Shown in pieces: positions 26,358-39,005 of a DNA stretch of 53,557 nt. This stretch comes from Hydrolagus affinis (Eukaryota), in assembly GCA_012026655.1 (NCBI GenBank), contig JAAILG010002530.1, positions 1 to 53,557 of the forward strand, written 5' to 3'. Every line of letters starts with the position of its first letter. Within the stretch, counting starts at the first letter, position 1. The translations under genes and the position numbers were made by a program. The notes below the pieces were generated by a model, which did no database searches, was not told the DNA's origin, and was given only the letters and a program-made list of their open reading frames with translations.

Positions 26358-26934
26358 AGGGCTTTGGTGAGACCTAGAGTATTGGGTGCAGTTTTGGTCT
26401 CCTTATTTAAAAATGGACATACTTGCCTTAGAGGGGATGCAGAGCAGATTCACTTGGTTAGTTCCTGGGATGAGGGGACTGACCTATGAGGATAAGTTGA
26501 ATAAACTTGGGCTGTATTCTCTAGAGTACAGAAGAATTAGGGGGGATCTTATTGAAACATATGAGATTCTTAAAGGGCTAGATAAAGTAGACACTGAGGG
26601 ACTGTGTTTCCCCTGGTAGGAGAATCTATAACCAGGGGTCACAGTCTTAAAATTAAGGGTCAGCCTTTTAGAACAGAGTTGAGGAAACATTTCTTCACTC
26701 AGAGGGTAGTGAATTTATGGAATTCACTACCCCAGAAGACTGTAAATGCTCAGTCCTTGAACATTTTCAAGGGTGAGACTGATAGATTTTTTAAAAATAG
26801 AGGGATGAGGGGATATGGGGATAGGGCAGGTAATTAGAGTTAGGTGAGAAGATCATCCATGATCTTATTGTATGGCGCGGCAGGCTCAAAGGGCCGAATG
26901 GCCTACACCTGCTCCTAATTCTTATGTTCTTATG
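26358..26934 (+). mobile_element. 5'-truncated CR1 LINE (ORF2 C-terminus plus 3' UTR)
   Basis: Frameshifted peptides QFWSPYLKMDILALEGMQSRFT..LYSLEYRRIRGDLIETY and TRGHSLKI..RKHFFTQRVVNLWNSLP are CR1 ORF2 motifs. Ends with ggccgaatggcct and (ttcttatg)2. Confidence 0.95.
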
Positions 26935-29900
26935 AAAGATGAGAATAATTTTTGAACAATTTGCTCAGGACTTTTGTGGCCAAATAAATCATTGTGGGCA
27001 ATCACTGGTACAGTGTGTATCAGCCACCCTTTACCCCAGTGGGTATCAGCTCACCTTTAGTGAGTGTTCATGTTGAAGCTTAGACTGTGAACGCTGGAAG
27101 ACAGTTGGGAAAACTGTAGCTGTGAGAAATCCTGCCCCACATTGTTGAGTTGTTGGATAGCATTCGGGAGTGAATAGTCTACCTAATTTTCCTTCTAAGT
27201 CTGGGGTGTTTAGGCCAATTTAGGTATTGAACTATCACCTATGCTGAGGGCCGGAGTTCCAAATTATATTAAGGTGGTATGTGCGATGGTGGGGTAAAAC
27301 AACGAACGGCAAGTGGAACTTCACAATCTGCATAAAAGGCTAATGTAACAGCTGTCAAGGCACATCCTACATGTAGAAAGCAAATTGAACATGGTCTACA
27401 TCTTCTTGGGTACGCTTGTTATTACTCGCCTCCATGTTGTGGAAATACTGCAGTCCCAACTTATTCGTGGGCATCTCTGAAGTGCTTTAATTCAAGGTGT
27501 TGTTTGTTCTGTTTCAAGATTGTTGGAACTGCACATTTCAGCAAATTGTGGTACACAGCTGAGCCTGTGATCCATGTAAGTAAAGGTCAAGTTTTATTGG
27601 TTCCCAACTTTGTGAATGGAGTTTTGTGCTCCAGTTACACAAAAGAACAGGTTCCATTTAGATTGTGTTGATCAAAATGAAATCTGATCTGGCCCCATTT
27701 ATATTGGACCTTGTCGTATTCACACTCTTCAATGTTTCTTACAATTAACACTGATTTCTGAATGCAGATTAATTTAGGGGTTTAATGTGTAAAATGGCTA
27801 TGTTATGGAGAGTAAGTCAAGACTGACGTATCGAGTTGATATTTTGATCAACAAACGTGTTTGGATTTGTACAAGGTGAGTTCGAGTTTCACTAACCTAC
27901 TGTTTGATGTCTGTACTTTAGTTATGGATTGTAAATCGATAGGTTTTGTTATACACAGAGCAGGTTTCTATAGATACCAAGCGAGGAGATCAAGAGATTC
28001 CATGCAGAGAAACTGCACTTATATACTCTTATCAGATACATTATGTAATCTAGCAAGTTCCAGGAGAATGGCAATTATGTTTTCTTTTACACTAAACTGG
28101 TGTACAACAGCTATTGAACTTTAGGAGACATTAGTTGAGTTTTATCCAGCAATGATTTCTCAACAGGCAACTATCACACTTGTTAATCCTTTGGTTCGAA
28201 CATCCTGCTGTACTTAAGGGTACTGACAGTGGATGATAGCAACGACAAGCTGTTAACTGGAAGCAAGGATAAGGAAAACCACTCCTCTACGCAGCACCAC
28301 AGTGCATATTATATTAGAATCCCTGGGCCCCTTTTAACATACAGTCCTCAGTCATAGAGTCAGTGCTGGAATGCATTTTTGTACGAGTGGCCAATATCTT
28401 ATCTCTAGAGTGATTGCTGTTGGCTGCCTTCTTTTCTCACAGGAAAGAAAGAAAAAAATTGTGGATGAATCATCTCGAGGAATTAGTTGAGTCAAGCTTG
28501 TGGGGCCACCACTAATTGGCCGGGTGGGGGAAAGAGAGAGAACAGGAAATGGGATAAAGTAACAAAGATCAAGTTTTGCCTTTTTATAAAAAGAAGCTAC
28601 ATTTATTTAAAAAAAACCTAGAAACATCTTAATTTAGAAAGATTTCCAACATAATCTGAATCCTTAGATGAGCAAATCCATCCTTGGGGAAATCCTTCAA
28701 CACAATTCTCTATATAAGTGTGTACTCTTTTTATAAAGAATTCCCCGATGAACAATTTTGCAGATTTCTCTATCTGTAGCAATTTGATCATAATGGGTCA
28801 ACCTTTTCTGTGAATATCCTGGAACACACTGATAACTCCATCAAGCACAAAATGTGACCAGGAACTGAATAAACTTCCACATAACATTAGCACACTGTAT
28901 TAAAAATGACTGATACTAGGGACTGGTTTGAATGCTGTAATCTAATCTTGGTATAAATGATAGTTTTGAGTGGCTGAAATATGTTTTTTTGTGTCCTGTC
29001 ATTAGAAATTCATGATCAGATTAAGGGCCACACCTAGATACTGCTTTTGTTTTGGAGTAAATAATTTACTCTCGCACCATTAAAGTTTTGGAAAGAAATC
29101 TGACTGTTTTAAGAAAAAGAAGAGAAAAATATTAATTGCCCATTATCCAATTAAATTGGGAAACTCGGACGTTGATAAGATTTGATGACTTTTTAGTATC
29201 TTGACTAACCTTGGGTTGAGAGGCTCAGAGAGTTCCTCACAGTTTTGTTACCTCCATTGCAAGGCTGAGATGAATGTAAGAATTGTGACTCAGCCTGAAT
29301 GGGCAATGGGGTGATAACTAGTTTGCTTTGAACTGGATCAATGTTGAACTGGATTAAAATTCTTAAAGTTAAGACTATTGGCATTGATATTTTCTCTATT
29401 CACCTACAAGTTTCTTCATTTCCAAGATTTTTTGAGTGGTATGTGTGATCACATTTATAGAATTGGGCATCTAACCTATGCTTCTATAGGTGATGTGCTA
29501 ACTTGAAAAAAACTATTATCAGCACTGTCTCTCACAGTCAATCTTTTACCTTTTACATAAATTTAGATCTCTGAGAATGAAATATTCATCCAAGTAACTT
29601 TTCTGAACAGTTAATAATAAGAACAAATCCCTGGGAGATTTCCACTCATCTGAACACTTCATGAACTGCAATTTTGGAATTTTCTACTGAATGAGAAAAA
29701 CATGACGATTTGGACACAAAATATTTGTTGTCTTCATAAATAAACATCACAAGATAATACACTGGCAACGTATCTTGTGACTGAATAGCAGATGATTTGA
29801 TTTTAGAAGTAATGTACAGCCATATAATTCACTTACGGTGGTATTTTTAAATGTTTGACCACATTTAGGAATGTTGTCCAAGTAGAAAAAGTAATGGATA

Positions 29901-30638
29901 GAGTATAGGGGGGACTCCAATATTTACTGCTTATTAAAGAAGTTTTGTGGCATAAAAAATACTTAACTTATTATTCCAGATGCTTGCTTCACAAATCTGA
30001 CCAATGTGATTTTTTAAAAACCATAATTCACAAATTGGAACTCTCTATAGCGTTGGTGACCGAATAGACACATCATTTCTTTTAGAACAGTACCATAACC
30101 ATTTTAAAATAATAATCCTAGTAATCCTTGCATTTGAGAGAGCGCTTTTCACGTCTTCATTCTTTTTTTCAAAAAAGTTTTAGTCATTAGTTTAATGGAA
30201 AACTTTTTGACTTTGTGTTTATGAAATATAAACTTTTCCTCCTTTTTTAGAAATCAAATTCTTCAAATATTAATTTAAATATATATTCAAATATTAATTA
30301 TTCAAAATAATATTGCCTATATTTGAAATGGGATTAGTTTATGATCTGAATTGAAATATTGTGCAAATTTGTTTCTAACAAATCGAATGAAACTTTGCTG
30401 GTCGATTCCTGGTGGGATGAAATGTTGGGCATACCTCAGCAAAATATTTAGTTTTCACCTGAGATGGAGCAGTTTCCATATTTTTTTCTTTGAGTGAAAA
30501 GCAATCTCCATTGTTGAAATACTTGATCAATTAATATCCCTGCTGCACTTTGTCACAAAACGAAATCCGGAAATGGATCTCAAAATGTGACTTTTTTTGA
30601 TACCAGGACTTTATAGGTATTAATTTTTTCAAAGTCTT

Positions 30639-31043
30639 ATAATAATCCTTTAATCATTTGTTATAGTGCCTTTTATTAATCAAAATGCCTGAAAGAGTTG
30701 AGTTTTCTGTGAGTGAAGTGAAACATACAAACACAGCAGCCAATTTGTATGTTGCAGTGTCCCACAAATAGCCTTTGAGTGAATAGCCTTTTTAATCTGG
30801 CGGAATGTTGGTCAGGACAGTGGGAGGACAACTCACTTTTTGGAATAGTGCCATGAGATCTTTAACATCCACTTGAAGAGGCAGACAAGAATTAAGTTTA
30901 ATGCCTCATCGGAAGGATGCAATGGAGGGAACCCCAGCACTGCAGTGGATTGTCAACCTACACTACATGCAAAATGTCCCAATGTGAGACTTGAACCTGT
31001 AACCTTCTGACTCACAGATACAACCAACTCAGCCGGGCTGACC
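30639..31043 (-). mobile_element. DeuSINE, near full length
   Basis: aatagtgccatgagatctttaacatccacttgaagaggcagac and gacttgaacctgtaaccttctgactc are reverse complements of the Deu core and tRNA head. Confidence 0.78.
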
Positions 31044-31319
31044 TTATTATGCCTCCAGACCGACAGCGTAGGCTTTGTATAAAAGTCGATTTCTGGTTCA
31101 TGTCCAGAATCACAGTCATTAAAGATCCTCACATGCCTGCTCACTTGATGTAAAAGGAAATGCATACAAGAATGAAACTCATTGTCAGTATAAACTTCTC
31201 AATGTGATGCAGTTTCATCAACCCAAGCACAATACTATGGCTTGATTGGGAGATAGTGGGGGAGGGTGGTGGTTGGCTTGAACAGCAACAAAATACATGA
31301 AGTATTGCTTGCTCATAAT

Positions 31320-31672
31320 TAGGGTCCTTCGATATGGAAATTTTCCGATATCGATATATTGGTTTGCCCATATCGATATATACCGATATATCGATATAGC
31401 GTTTTTTTTTTGTCCTGCGCATGCGCGCGCATTCCGGTGTGCGTGTACATTCGGATATCAACAAGGCAAGTTGAAAAAGTCCACATTATACCGATATATA
31501 CCGATATATCGATATATCGCCGGACACGATATATCGATATTTGTGATATATAATTTTTTTTCGATATATAGAATTTTTCGATGTATCGATATATTTTAAA
31601 TTCCGATATTGGCATATTGATATGAAAATTATATCAGATATAACTGATATATCGATATATCGCTGGACCCTA
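31320..31672. mobile_element. Non-autonomous hAT-type DNA transposon (MITE), 353 bp, 8-bp TSD
   Basis: Termini TAGGGTCC / GGACCCTA, flanked by perfect CTCATAAT (31312-31319, 31673-31680), with dense subterminal CGATAT repeats. An 8-bp TSD and TAGGG ends are hAT hallmarks. Confidence 0.9.
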
Positions 31673-31673
31673 C

Positions 31674-32026
31674 TCATAATAATAATACTTGCATTTGATA
31701 TAGCGCCTTATCACTTCTCAAAGTGCTTCACGGAATATACTATCAAGTGAATTGACTATATTTTGTGGGCGAAATGTGGCAGCCAATAGTTCACAGCAGT
31801 GTCCCACAAACAGTCGTGGATTGAAGTGACAAATTTTTTTTAAATGGAATTGTTACCCCCAAAAAACGATCCACCAATTGATTAACAACTGAGTTCCTAC
31901 TTCCCATTGGGTAAAGAGAGGCTTGTGGAGTAAGGAAACTCGCCCAACATTTTGCCCTGCTGGGAATCGAAACAGGTTTCTTGCTTGAGAGATAAGTGTT
32001 GTAACCACTGAGCTACAGGACTCCAC
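31674..32026 (-). mobile_element. tRNA-derived SINE, long form
   Basis: Tail aataataatacttgcatttgatatagcgcc through head gagctacaggactccac. Confidence 0.88.
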
Positions 32027-35000
32027 ATCTATCTTTGACTTGGTAGGGGAATGTAGACTATTACACAGGGAAATGTCTAGTCTTTGTGCGCTGATTTTTG
32101 AGGGAGGGCTGGCCACTAAGACACATGATGCTCTGATGAAGAATGTTGTGCTGCTTGGCTCTATTTTACTGCTGGGGAGATGCCATAAAGATGCAGGGGG
32201 TGATTTTGCTCAAAAGTTGAATATGACACTGAGTAGAATTGTGGCTGCATTTACAAAGCAATTCCTCACTGCCGATCCACTGCAAAAACATCCTCCCTGA
32301 GCTGATGGGGGGAGATTGGCAGTAGATCATAAGGAGTTGTCTTTAGTTTTATTTCAGCGAGCAGTAGTAATGCATTGACATTGGCATTCAACCCTTGTGT
32401 GTTTTGTGACCGCTGGTACCCTGTGGCAACATTACATTCACTCCAGCACTTGGCTCGATTCCCTGGTGGTGCTGTTTTTGTGGCTGCTGGCTACTCTTCC
32501 TAATCGTGTGGGCTGGTGTGGATGTGCTACTCCCTCCTCAACTTCCCGACCACTGGATTCTTCAAACCCTTGGTGTTCGAGAAAGCAAGTTTTTCAAAAC
32601 ATCGTGTCTCAGCTGTGATTGCGTTTTCCCTTCTCCCATTTTTCCCTTCCAGCCGTGGATATCATTGAGCCACACCTAACTGTTCATTTTGGCACTTAAG
32701 GTGATTATTTTAGAGTTGTGGGCAGGGATTTTACTGGGGAAGGGAGTGTGATCTGAAAAACAATTACTGCTGGGTCAAACTCCCATTAGTAAGGATCCCC
32801 TACAGGTCTAGTTTTGTGCCAGTTAACAAGGCTATTTATCATTTGTTTTGTCATTGCATATGCATAAGGGAGGGTGAGAGATGGAGCGCACTATTACACT
32901 GAGAATTGAAGTGTACCTACCTAGTGTTTTATAATTGATGTGTTATTACTGATCCAGGTAATTAGAAGAGGTTTTCAGTGGCTGCTATTGAAATGCACAT
33001 TTGAATATTCTAATCATATTCTACTCCGTTAGTGCAAAGGCATCTCTACTTCACGCTTTAAACTTGGGACGCCTAGTTAAGGTGCTTTTCCCCCTCTGTA
33101 GTTTAAGATGGATTTTGAACATTAAGAGTGTATACATGTGTAGTAGGGAAACAAAGGTGGGAAATAGCGGTTTGCATGGATACTAAAGTGTTAACTGCTT
33201 CATAGAAAGTCTGGAGTCCTGTTGCTTGTTGCTTGCAGCTCATATAAACACAACTCCAGGGTTTGTAGTACCTAGGAAAAGTTCCTGTTTACTTTTGACT
33301 AGAACTATGTTGACATGTTAATTTAATTGGCTCAGACTTTTGTGCCTTAGCTGTAAAACAAGTTTCTACTGTGCTGTAAAATAGAAAGCATGTGTGCACT
33401 TCAGGAGGGAAGGGGTGGAGGTGGGGGGATATTTCTGAAAACTCTTAATTTACTTAACCAGATCTGTGAATTAATTCAGTGAAGTTTAGTGCTATCTACC
33501 CTCAATGCCAAGCATTTAAGAATCCTTTGTTTTCAATTGTTTGAAGGCCTCTTGTGAGCTCTGCTGTAACTGCATCTTCACTGTTTGCAGGAGTGGGGAG
33601 GGAGAGGAGGGAATCCGCTACGCCATTGATTCTAATTTTAGTTCCCCTGATTGGAATTCAGTAATTCTATTCAGGTCTGAACTGTGCGATAGAGGAACAT
33701 TTTTGGGGATTATGTGTACCTAGTGTTCTTTACCCTGCTAGTTAGTTTGTAAATTCCTCATTTTATTAGCTAATTTGTGAAATAGCCTAAGGAGCTTGGT
33801 CTAATATTAACAAGACGTTTTCTGTTGTTTTAGTAACACATGATGTAATGTTCCCAACTTTAAACTGTTTGAAGCTTCTTCTCTTGAAAAACAAATCTGT
33901 TCAAAATTACCCAAGCCAATTCCAGCCAGTCTATACAATAAGCTATGTCTGTAGGGAGGATTGCTTCAGGATATAGGTTTACATTCTTACCATGACTACG
34001 GATAACTAAAGTAGTATTCCAGTTGAAGTAGATTTGTTTTTACTCTGCTGCCATTTATTGCAAAGTATCTTGCAAACTTGTGAAGTGTCTTAATTATGCA
34101 TACAAATTGTATGATTTTCTCCTGAATATATGTGTGTGCAGGCAGGATTCTCCATTGGCTCATGTACTGTCATTATTCTACTTATTTAGATTGTTGGGAG
34201 GCATTATTATTTAATTCAGACTGGTACCTTAAACTCTACTCCTATACCTGTTGATATGAAACATGGTTTATTGAAATACAGTATGATCAAAATATAATTG
34301 TGCGTTTATAACCGTGACTCGGGGCTTAAACCTGAAGAAAACTTAAATGCATATTTGTTGGTGAATGATAGCAAGGTCCAGTTTTTACATTGTATGACGA
34401 GATAAAAGATAGATTGTTGATAAGTGTAACAGGTTGCTTTTGTTGCACTCTTAAGTGCACCTGGACAGTAGGTAACCTTTGTTCAGATTGGGCTATGCCA
34501 ACCTCTGTAGTCCAAAACATGCTGTTTTACTGCTAATAGTGGAAATTGAGCTCTTTCACCTGTGCTTTTGGAGATTGGAACAGTTCCATCTTTCTGATCC
34601 TTTTCTATTTCCGAGAGAAGCATTATTCATACCCCTGAAGTGCTCAAGCAAAGAAGTAAAAGATTGCTCCTCTGTCAGCAACTGTTAAAAACATCTAGTT
34701 ATCCAGGAGATTTGGAATTATTTGTCTTCCTAAAACGGAAAGTTTACAACATGGGAGAGAAAATGCTGTGAAGTGTGAAACTTTGATTAAAAGGTGCCAT
34801 TGCTCAACTTTACTTCTGTGGTGGATTTTTATTCTGCTTATGGATATATTCTTTCAGCCTAGACTAGACGTGGTACAACGTGGTACAATTCATTAATTTT
34901 GTCATTAATTTTGCATTTCTTGTTGGCATTATTCAGTGTGCTACAGTCTATGCATTCCAGTATAGTCTGAATGGCTTTTAAACTACATGTGAACTTGTGG

Positions 35001-36309
35001 GAATGAACTTTTATCAAAGTCCTTTATGCATTGGTTCACACTATTCATAATTGTCCTTCATTTCTAGGAGGGAATAAAATTGACATTGTGGTGATAAATC
35101 ATTCCCAGGATATTCCCTGTTGGGTTGAAGCTAAAATGACTTAGGTTAAGAAAGGATTGAGTTGAGAAGGTTTATGGTCCCCTGTCTAAACTCAAAATGA
35201 ACCTCCAGCTATAGTTCCCATGGCTGGCATTTCCTGTTGAGGTCTCAGTTGTAATGGTTAGAATTCTAGTCTCGTCCGCTTGCAAACTTACTGGAACGTC
35301 TGTTATAGTGAATCGCTTTGAAGTTTTTTCTCAAGTGAAATCTTATTAAAGAAAATTGATTGGCTAAAAGGGTTTAATTTATGTGTGTGTGTATATCTGT
35401 TAAATATACAACCTCTGAATGTTTGTGCAGAATTTGCTGTATTTATTTGAAGTTTTCCTTTTTACGCAATGGAATTTCAGTTTTTCTTTTTCCTTTTCCA
35501 ACCCTTGAAATGAGGCGACTCTTGGAAAAAATTACCTTATTGTTTTCAAGAGGTTTGGGTTCGGCTAGTTCCAGATCAGTTGTGTTCAGACTTTTGGCAA
35601 AGCACAAGTATAGACGGTAATTCTAACAATCAATTTAATTAAATCCTTACCTAACCAATCAGTAACTACTATTGTACTATCTTTTGGCCCCAGAAATTGT
35701 GCAGTACAAAATCTCTCCTTTATCCACCCCCACTTTTTTCAGGTTGTCCACAACAGAGTGGGTGGGCAGGGGCCTGTTCTCAACCCCCTGGCTATGCCAA
35801 ACTTGCAACAGTAACAACAGAGCAATATTGGTCATCTCATTTTCTCGTGGGGAAAGTATTTCTGCTTATATCAGGTTGAGGAGGTCAGCTAACAAATGGA
35901 ATTTTGTGTGTGAGGTAGTCATGAATAAATGGAGCATTTAAATCGGCTGCTGAAATCCTCAAGTCAAACTTTTTTGAAAAAAACTCTTAATTTTAAAATG
36001 TATTTTTATTTTGAAATTTCACAGCTTTGTATTGCTGATGATTTTTCACCTGATTTTTTTCCTCTTTTCTTTTAATCTCTGCCCATCTTGTTGGAAGTGC
36101 GTGTGCTTGCACTTGTGTGAGAGAGTAAGGAGGGAACGTTGATGGACCTGATGGATTAGTGTTGTCACTGGGATGTCAGGATAGTAATGGTAACTATCCG
36201 AAATTTTGTACAGTGCCCATTTGAACTGTGAAAAATGCCCAATGCCCAATTATAACTCTTGGACAGGACATTTCTCAGGTTGCTAAGTGTAAGCATTATT
36301 GTAAGCTAA

Positions 36310-36513
36310 CAGCTAGCATTCCACTCCTCTTAATCCACATTGTTAATGTCACCATACAGAGCCATCTGAGGAATGTCTCCTCCTTTGTCATTCTAGATTT
36401 GAGCAGTATTACTCAAATTGTTGCTCGGGTCCTGACCCCTGACTATTCCAACACCTAGGGACGTCCTCCTGATGTGAAAGGCGCTCTACAAATGTAATTT
36501 TGTTGTGGTTGTA
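36310..36513 (+). mobile_element. L2-like fragment with short 3' end
   Basis: gactattccaac (DYSN-like) followed by gggacgtcctcctgatgtgaaaggcgctctacaaatgtaattttgttgtggttg. Confidence 0.55.
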
Positions 36514-36842
36514 TTGAGGGCAATTTGATTTGTATTTTACCAGTTATGTATTTGTGGTTTCTGTAGTCCCACCACCTCCAGTAATGACTTGAAAATAATC
36601 TTGAGTTAGAGTGTATGGATATAACTATGATCGCTTATTAGTTGTGTAATACATTAAATGCATTTTAATGAATGGTTCATAATCTTACTTAAAATTCATG
36701 TAGTGAATTTATTATGCGTTCCTTGTGCCTTACATTGCTATTATAATGAATATGTATTAAATATGTTGATGAAATTGAATTGGTAGATTTATTAAATATC
36801 CCTGGAGCTGTGTGATTAATATTGACTCTTTGCCTTTTCCAG

Positions 36843-37234
36843 AATTCTTCACAGAGCTGCTGGAAAATGCACAGAAATCCTTGAATGACATGTTTGTACG
36901 AACTTATGGCCTCCTGTATATGCAAAACTCTGAAGTGTTTCAGGATCTATTTAAGGAGCTAAAAAGGTACTACATGACTGGAAACGTAAACCTGGAGGAG
37001 ATGTTGAACGACTTCTGGGCACGTCTTCTAGAACGCATGTTTCAGCTGGTAAATCCTCAATACCATTTCACTGAAGAATACCTGGAATGCGTTAGCAAAT
37101 ACACCGAGGAACTCAAGGCCTTTGGAGATGTACCTCGCAAGTTGAAGCTTCAGGTGACGCGAGCATTCATCGCCGCTCGCTACTTTGCACATGGTCTGGC
37201 CGCTGCACGTGACGTAGTGGCCAAAGTGTCTGCA
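36843..37234 (+). CDS. GPC4: Glypican-4 coding exon 3 (392 nt, phase 1-0)
   Basis: Acceptor ccttttccag| and donor |gtaagt. Encodes [23 protein letters not shown]...[18 protein letters not shown]...[19 protein letters not shown]...DVVAKVSA, the core of ORF 36812..37453. KLKLQ and DVVxKVS match recalled GPC4 rather than GPC6. Confidence 0.97.
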
Positions 37235-37759
37235 GTAAGTATGAGAGATTCATTCTTATTTATTGATGATGTGATTCTCCAATCTCGCTCCTATTTTGAG
37301 CAACTGTCTAGCGTTGGTTTGACCGCAGCACCAAAATTACAAGGCTTTCATCACCATAACTCATTGTCCATTGTGCAGCTGTGTGGCCGTCCTCATAAAT
37401 TAATCTGGCGTAGCCAAGAAACATTGGAATTTACAAAGCCATTAATCATGTAAATCTTGCATCTTAGCGATGTGACAGTTTTCATCTCTTCTCCAGCACC
37501 CCACCCCTCTGCCTCCCTCTGTCCAGATTGAACCCTGTCCCTCCTGAATTCTGCAGCTGAGGTGGTATTTGCTGCACAATCAGCAGTCTGTTTCTTAAGT
37601 TGACGACTTTAAGCATGATGAAATTATGCCTTGAGCTTACTGCTTGGAAAAGTTATTTTATAATGTAGTGCTTGCTCTTGCTTCCCCTTCCCTGGTTATG
37701 CAGAAAATAACTCTTGATCCACACAATTGATCACCGTACTTATTTCAAAAGCACGGATC

Positions 37760-38330
37760 ATACTGCTTCATTTTATCCACATATTTGCTGCTTCCTGGAC
37801 TGTTCTTCGTTCAATGATCTGAAACCATCTTTGTTCTGGTCTGAATCCTTTAAGACTTTGTTACTATGACCACCACAGCTGGAGACAATACTCCACATCT
37901 GGTCTCACTAATACTTTATAGTAACATTTTCTATGAACTTCGCATTCTATAAGACCTGTTTATAAATCTTAACGTTTTCTTTTGAACTCTCATCCTTCAT
38001 CATAATAATCTTTTTCAGTCATCAACTATTTCACCTACAATTTGTATAGACTTGCATTTCTTACATGCAAATGCTATTTTCCATTTGAATTTTGTTCATT
38101 TTCTCTGAATATGCTGCTTTCTTATCCAAACTACAGTAGTAGTATTTATAAGGCAAGATTGTACCTTGACCAAAATGTTCATTAATATTGTGAATGGCAT
38201 AGTTCCCCAATCTAAGCCTTGTAGAACTTCAGTGAGTTAAAAATGACCCAATCTTTTGTTATAATTCATTTAGCTTGGATTAGTTTCCTTTACACTTGTT
38301 GAGTGCACTTGAATAACTTCCTTTATGAGG
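37760..38330 (-). mobile_element. Highly decayed CR1 fragment
   Basis: Reverse complement of 37868-37920 reads tataaagtattagtgagaccagatgtggagtattgtctccagctgtgg (YKVLVRPDVEYCLQLW), matching the CR1 LVRPHLEYCVQFW motif. Boundaries approximate. Confidence 0.6.
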
Positions 38331-38608
38331 ACAACCATTTTTTTGCTTTTAGCTATAAACCTAGTAGCTCTGGAATAGTAAAGGATCATACCTCCTGATC
38401 CTGAAACATAACTGTTGTTCACTCTCCTCGTGTTATCTGTGTATACAATATGCTCCAAATATTTCAGCTATTGCCTTTATTTCCTAATGTATTAAATATT
38501 CCAACAGACTGCTATAGCTGAAGGGAATAGAAGCCTTTTGTGAAGTGTAAACAACAGTACATAATAGTTGGCCTGAATGGCTTGCTTCTGTGCTGTATCC
38601 CTCCATCA

Positions 38609-39005
38609 AGCAACAACAACTTGCACTTATATAATGCCCACCACGCAGGGTACAGTCTGAGAGCTTACCTGTGGCCAGTGGGTCTCTAAGCTGGGGTGGG
38701 GGTGGGTGTTGGGAAATAGCAGTAAGCACGGTCGAAGAGGAAGGTTTTCAGGCGAGACGTAAAATGGCAGAGAGGGGACAAAGTGGAGGGATTGAGGGAG
38801 AGTGTTACAGAATCCTGGGGAGTAGTGGCTGATTGTGGGGTGGAGGGTGGAGGGACGACGAGCAAGAGGCCAGTGCCAGTTGAGCAGAGGCGCCGGGTGG
38901 TGGATTGGGATGTGAGTAGGTCAGAGTGGTAGGAAGGTGCCAGAGAGTGAAGGGATTTGAATACGAGTGTGAGGATCATGTAGTCGATCTGTTCATGATG
39001 AAGAG
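38609..39005 (-). mobile_element. L2 LINE 3' end
   Basis: ORF 38686..38979 ILTLVFKSLHSLAPSYHSDLL...RRLCS...SRLKTFLFDRAY is L2 ORF2 C-terminal-like. (TTG)n tail at 38609-38620. Confidence 0.85.

Noticed and set aside
26386-26837. Functional reverse-transcriptase gene
   Set aside because: 5'-truncated, frameshifted CR1 end only.
31360-31660. CRISPR-like or restriction-site array (many GATATC/ATCGAT)
   Set aside because: No fixed repeat-spacer period, eukaryotic context, and explained by hAT subterminal repeats.
31141-31677. Cluster of overlapping I/Y/R/D-rich ORFs on both strands
   Set aside because: By-product of the CGATAT repeats of the MITE.
37235-37453. 72-codon read-through of the exon 3 frame (ORF 36812..37453) as a truncated secreted isoform
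   Set aside because: Glypican similarity stops exactly at a consensus gtaagt donor and the tail has no recognisable motif. No transcript evidence is available.
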